Assembly (NCBI RefSeq): GCF_018350175.1
Contig: NC_058375.1
Span: forward strand, 105,710,001-105,774,000
Source: Felis catus
Lineage: Eukaryota
DNA: 64,000 nucleotides
Reading direction: 5' to 3'
Below the pieces are notes generated by a model. The model searched no databases, had not been told where the DNA came from, and saw only the letters and a program-made list of their open reading frames with translations. How positions within the stretch are numbered: position 1 is the stretch's first letter; every line of letters starts with the position of its first letter. Below, piece after piece: positions 60,173 to 64,000 of this stretch. A program made the translations under genes and the position numbers.

Positions 60173-60338
60173 AGATTAAAAAACACAAATAAAACCGATA
60201 GGAACTGGGGGGAAAGAAAGATGGAAAAAGGCCAGGCAAAGGTCAGAGATGACCAAGAGGAGAAGCAGGGAGAGGAGGGGGAACATTAAGAGCCCCAAGT
60301 CAGGGCAGGAAAGAGGTTTCCAAGGACTACTCCTCTCC

Positions 60339-61185
60339 TTATTTGATGACAATTTTCTGGCGCAAGGCTCGAGGCCCAGAGCCAGGGAGGGGCTCGGGAG
60401 GTGGTGGGCCAGGGCCCAGCGCTGAGGCCGTGGGCGGCAGTCCATGGGCAGTGATGTACTTCTTATAGGCCTCACGGATGATCTTGAAGGCTCGAGCAGT
60501 GGCGTAAGGGATGTCTGTGACAGGGTCCCGGTACAGAGCTGGGCGATGGGTCACAGGGCAGACCTCCCGAACAGGGACCTTTGGGGGGCGCCCTTGGGGA
60601 AACCATTCCTCGAATGTCGCATCATCACTGAAAGTGATGAAGGTACGGGAGCAGCGAGCAGGAGGGATGGTGGGTCCAGTGCCGGCACGGGGAGTCAGTG
60701 CAGAAGCTGTGGGAGCAGGATCCAGTCTGAGGGGAGAGACAGAGAAACACAAAAAGTCTGAGGAGAGAAAACAACAAAGAGATAAGACAGGTGAGGAAAG
60801 AGAGGAAGGAGGCAGAATGACGGCAACAATCGGAGAGAATCTATTAAGTGACAGATGGGGAGAAGCAAGCTGTGCTGGGTGGGGAAACTGCTGAGAGAGG
60901 GGAGAGAGACTAAAAACAGAAAGAAACACAGCTGAGGGAAGAGGACCCTGAAGGACATCTGTGTGTTGGAGAGCTGTGTGAGGAGAACTGAGGATGGCAG
61001 GGAGAAGGCTCTCTTCCCTTCTCCCCTGTGACGCACTCACCCTTCCACATCCACATTCTCTTCTTTAGGGCCTGGCTCCCCAACGAGCGGCACCGTCACC
61101 GAATGATAGGTGATTATGGGCCCAGGGCACTTCCGCTTCTTGTGCACCTGCTTCTTTTTGTCAGCCTCAAGCCGCTCATAGGTCT
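60339..61185 (-). CDS. VPS72: Vacuolar protein sorting 72 homolog (YL-1), last two coding exons (61041-61185, 60339-60726); partial gene
   Basis: TYERLEADKKKQVHKKRKCPGPIITYHSVTVPLV...DVEG|LDPAP...ARCSRTFITFSDD...CPVTHRPALYRDPVTDIPYATARAFKIIREAY (YL1_C domain)...RQKIVIK*. Confidence 0.95.
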
Positions 61186-61790
61186 CTTCAGGGTCAAAGG
61201 GAGGAATGAGGGGGCGGTGAGTTCCCCCATGCCCACACTCATGTCTGTCCTGTCTAGTCCCTGCCTGCCCAAGCCACTCACACCAATCCTCTGAGGCCCC
61301 CCTAGCACCTCCTAGTTCCGACATTCTTTGCTTGACCACCCCCCCAACCCCCGACATCCTCTCCGCCCACCTCTCCCGTCCACTCAGCTCCTCACGCACT
61401 CAGACAGCAGGACTCTGGAGCTGGAAGGAACCCTTGGATGAGGAGCCTGTTTGCCCAAGCTGCCCTGTCCGCTCACTCCCAGCCACGGCAGCGCGCTGCG
61501 TCTTCAGGCATCTCTGGTCATTACAGAGTTCTCTCCTATTTCCAGCTGAAATATGTTGCCTGATGACACTGTTTCACCTTTTCAAGCTGTAAAGGACACA
61601 GGTCCAACCTGTCTTCCCCATGACAGTCCTTTACATAGTTGAAATTAGTATCCAGGTCTCTCCCTCCAGGCTGATCACAACACCCATTCCTTGAACCATT
61701 TCTCATAAAACATGGTTTTGAGACACACTCTCTTTTTGCTAGCCCCTGGGCCTAGGACACTTCCATTACTGTACTTTTCACAGTCTATGG

Positions 61791-62420
61791 CAGAGGCCGC
61801 ATGCTGGCAGCTCCTCTAAGTGTTTTGTTTGATCTGTATTGTATTTTAAAGAAAATTTGAAATAGTTACTGATATTTGAAAATGAGGAAATTACATTTAA
61901 ATACAGAGATTTCTGGTCCTTCTTTTTTTTTTTTTTTGAGAGAGTAAGCACATGTGCAAATGGGGAGAAAGGGCAGAGGGAAGGGGAGAGAATCTTAAGC
62001 AGGCTCCATGCTCAGCACAGAGCCAGACGCACGGCTTGATCCACAACCCTGGGATCATGACCTGAGCTGAAATCAAGAGTCGGACAATCAACTGACTGAG
62101 CGGCCCAGGTGCCCCTCTGATCCTTCTTAAAAAAATAACAAGGAGGGGCGCCTGGGTGGCTTAGTCGGTTAAGCGTCCAACCTCAGCTCAGGTCATGATC
62201 TCACAGTTTGTGAGTTCGAGCCCTGCATCGGGCTTTGAGCTGATAGCTTAGAGCCTGGAGCCTGTTCGGATTCTGTGTCTCCCTCTCTCTCTGCCCCTCC
62301 CCCGCTCACATTCTGTCTCTCTCTCTCAAAAATAAACATAAAAAAAAAATTAACAAGGAAATCGGGCAACCTGGCATCTGCGTTGTCACATGGCAACAAC
62401 GAGCTGGGCAGAAGAACCAA
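61791..62420. mobile_element. MER102-like hAT element split by two head-to-head Can-SINEs (61920-62115 -, 62145-62350 +)
   Basis: CAGAGG...TGTTTTGTTTG...GATTTCTGG|...|AAATCGGGCAAC...CATGGCAACAA resembles MER102 (from memory). The SINE bodies are clear. Confidence 0.6.
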
Positions 62421-62819
62421 TCCTCCTTCTGAGCGCTCCTCTTATTCGCCACAGTCCCCTGTCTGGACAGTGACACTGCTCTATGGTAGTTCATCGCTGG
62501 TACACAGGTCTCCTCCTGAAGGGCAGTGACTCTGACTCATGTTACCTACATATTATCAGGGCCACGCAGTGTGCCACCCATTACAGGCACTCAGCAAGTA
62601 TTTGTTAATGTTCAGTAGGTCAAAATATTCCTGATCCCTTTCCTCTGAATGAACTCCAAATTTCTGTTTCTTAAGTGCGCATCCAATCTTCTAGATAAAG
62701 TCTGACCAGAAAAGTGTGCTCTGGAAACCCCACCAATGATTTAGCCTCTCTTGTACTTGGAATTCTGGTTGGTAATGTTGCTTTCTTTCCCTTCTGCCAA
62801 CCTTCCAACACTTCCCCTT

Positions 62820-63950
62820 TCAAACACTTCCCTGTACCTTCTGGAACTCCTGCTCTATAACCAGCCAACTCATCTATGTCCTCAAGTTTCTCACTGTGAA
62901 TTCCTTCCACAACTTGTCTTCCTGGAAGCCTGTCATCCCAAGGCCACTGCTCTCCCTGCAGCCCTCTGGTGGAGGTCTCTCATCCTGCCACCTCCCATGC
63001 AGGGTGTGCCTGGGTCCTGTTGAGCCCACACTGCAACTTTAGACCACTGCTTTTCTCCCCACGCGCAAACCCACTTCTCTCTGGAGACTTATGCCACCAG
63101 GCTAGATCATGTTTCTTTCCTGTCATGCTCACTCCCTTACTCTCTGAAGACTTTAGCAATGCTTTCCACTGTTCCTCTCCACTCAACTCCTATCATCCTT
63201 CATCACCCTAGTGACCTCAAAGTGCATGCACACGGGTAGCCCCTTCAACATCCCATCCCCACAGTTTACGGATCTCATCTTCCTGTCCGTGACACATTTG
63301 TTGCTCCATTCCACTATGGCTACAGCCGGGAACTGCCCCAGCTCTGAAATACTAAAAATCACACATCCCAGGCTCTGGCCGCAACATCCTATGCTTTGGT
63401 TGTTTTGCTCCACAATTCTAGATATCCTCTGTCCTTTGATACCTCCCATACATGGATCTCTCCTCATTCTATCTGGCAGCCCCCTCCAGTCTTCATTGTT
63501 CTTTTTTTTCTTCCAGTTTCCTTTTTATTTTTTTTAAACATTTTTTTTTCAACGTTTATTTATTTTTCGGACAGAGAGAGACAGAGCACGAACGGGGGAG
63601 GGGCAGAGAGAGAGGGAGACACCGAATCGGAAACAGGCTCCAGTCTCCGAGCCATCAGCCCAGAGCCTGACGTGGGGCTCGAACTCCTGGACCTCGAGAT
63701 CGTGACCTGGCTGAAGTCGGACGCTTAACCGACTGCGCCACCCAGGCGCCCCCCAGTTTCCTTTTTAAATCAAGGTTAGGTTCCTCAACCTATCATTTCA
63801 GTCACTCTCATCAATCTACACTCCCTGGTCCAGACCTGGATTGCTGAGTGCTCCTGGAAAAATACTACACAACAGGCTAGACTGGAACCACCACGAATGC
63901 ATGTTCCCCAAATTCAACAGACTCCCCCAATGCCAGCAGATAATTCTATC
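62820..63950. mobile_element. L2-like fragment interrupted by a young antisense SINEC-Fc (63528-63752)
   Basis: SINE TSD CCAGTTTCCTTTTTA (63513-27, 63753-67), with degenerate L2-like flanks. Confidence 0.65.
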
Positions 63951-64000
63951 TTAACTATTTCTTTTCTTTCTTCTTCTTCTTACTTTTTTTTTAGGGAGAG

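Noticed and set aside
1-64000. CRISPR arrays, prokaryotic systems or foreign inserted DNA
   Set aside because: No regularly spaced repeat-spacer structure or compositionally foreign block. Most of the window is explained by mammalian genes and repeats, and the rest looks like ordinary unique intergenic DNA.

Overview
Eukaryotic (mammalian) genomic DNA from a felid, judged from the many tRNA-derived Can-SINE/SINEC-Fc elements with (CT)n tracts. The gene order matches the block on human 1q21.3: 3' end of GABPB2 (+), complete SEMA6C (-), TNFAIP8L2/TIPE2 (+), LYSMD1 (-), SCNM1 (+), TMOD4 (-) and the last two coding exons of VPS72 (-). I placed exon boundaries by hand from GT/AG sites. The spliced lengths give intact proteins: TNFAIP8L2 184 aa, LYSMD1 227 aa, SCNM1 230 aa, TMOD4 345 aa and SEMA6C about 931 aa (one exon lies mostly in an N gap, so its length is assumed). 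Introns and intergenic DNA are filled with SINEs, L1, L2, MIR, MaLR LTR and DNA-transposon remnants, and there are six N gaps of 130-148 nt. I found no evidence of a genuinely new biological system. The best leads are regulatory or evolutionary: a SINE with an apparent 18-nt 3' transduction, an ultra-short L1 placing sense poly(A) signals in LYSMD1 intron 1, abutting TNFAIP8L2/LYSMD1 3' ends, a SEMA6C cassette exon with QKI/RBFOX motifs, a SEMA6C uORF, a MEF2/E-box cluster and a tandem octamer, an orphan promoter-like CpG patch, and nested transposon insertions.
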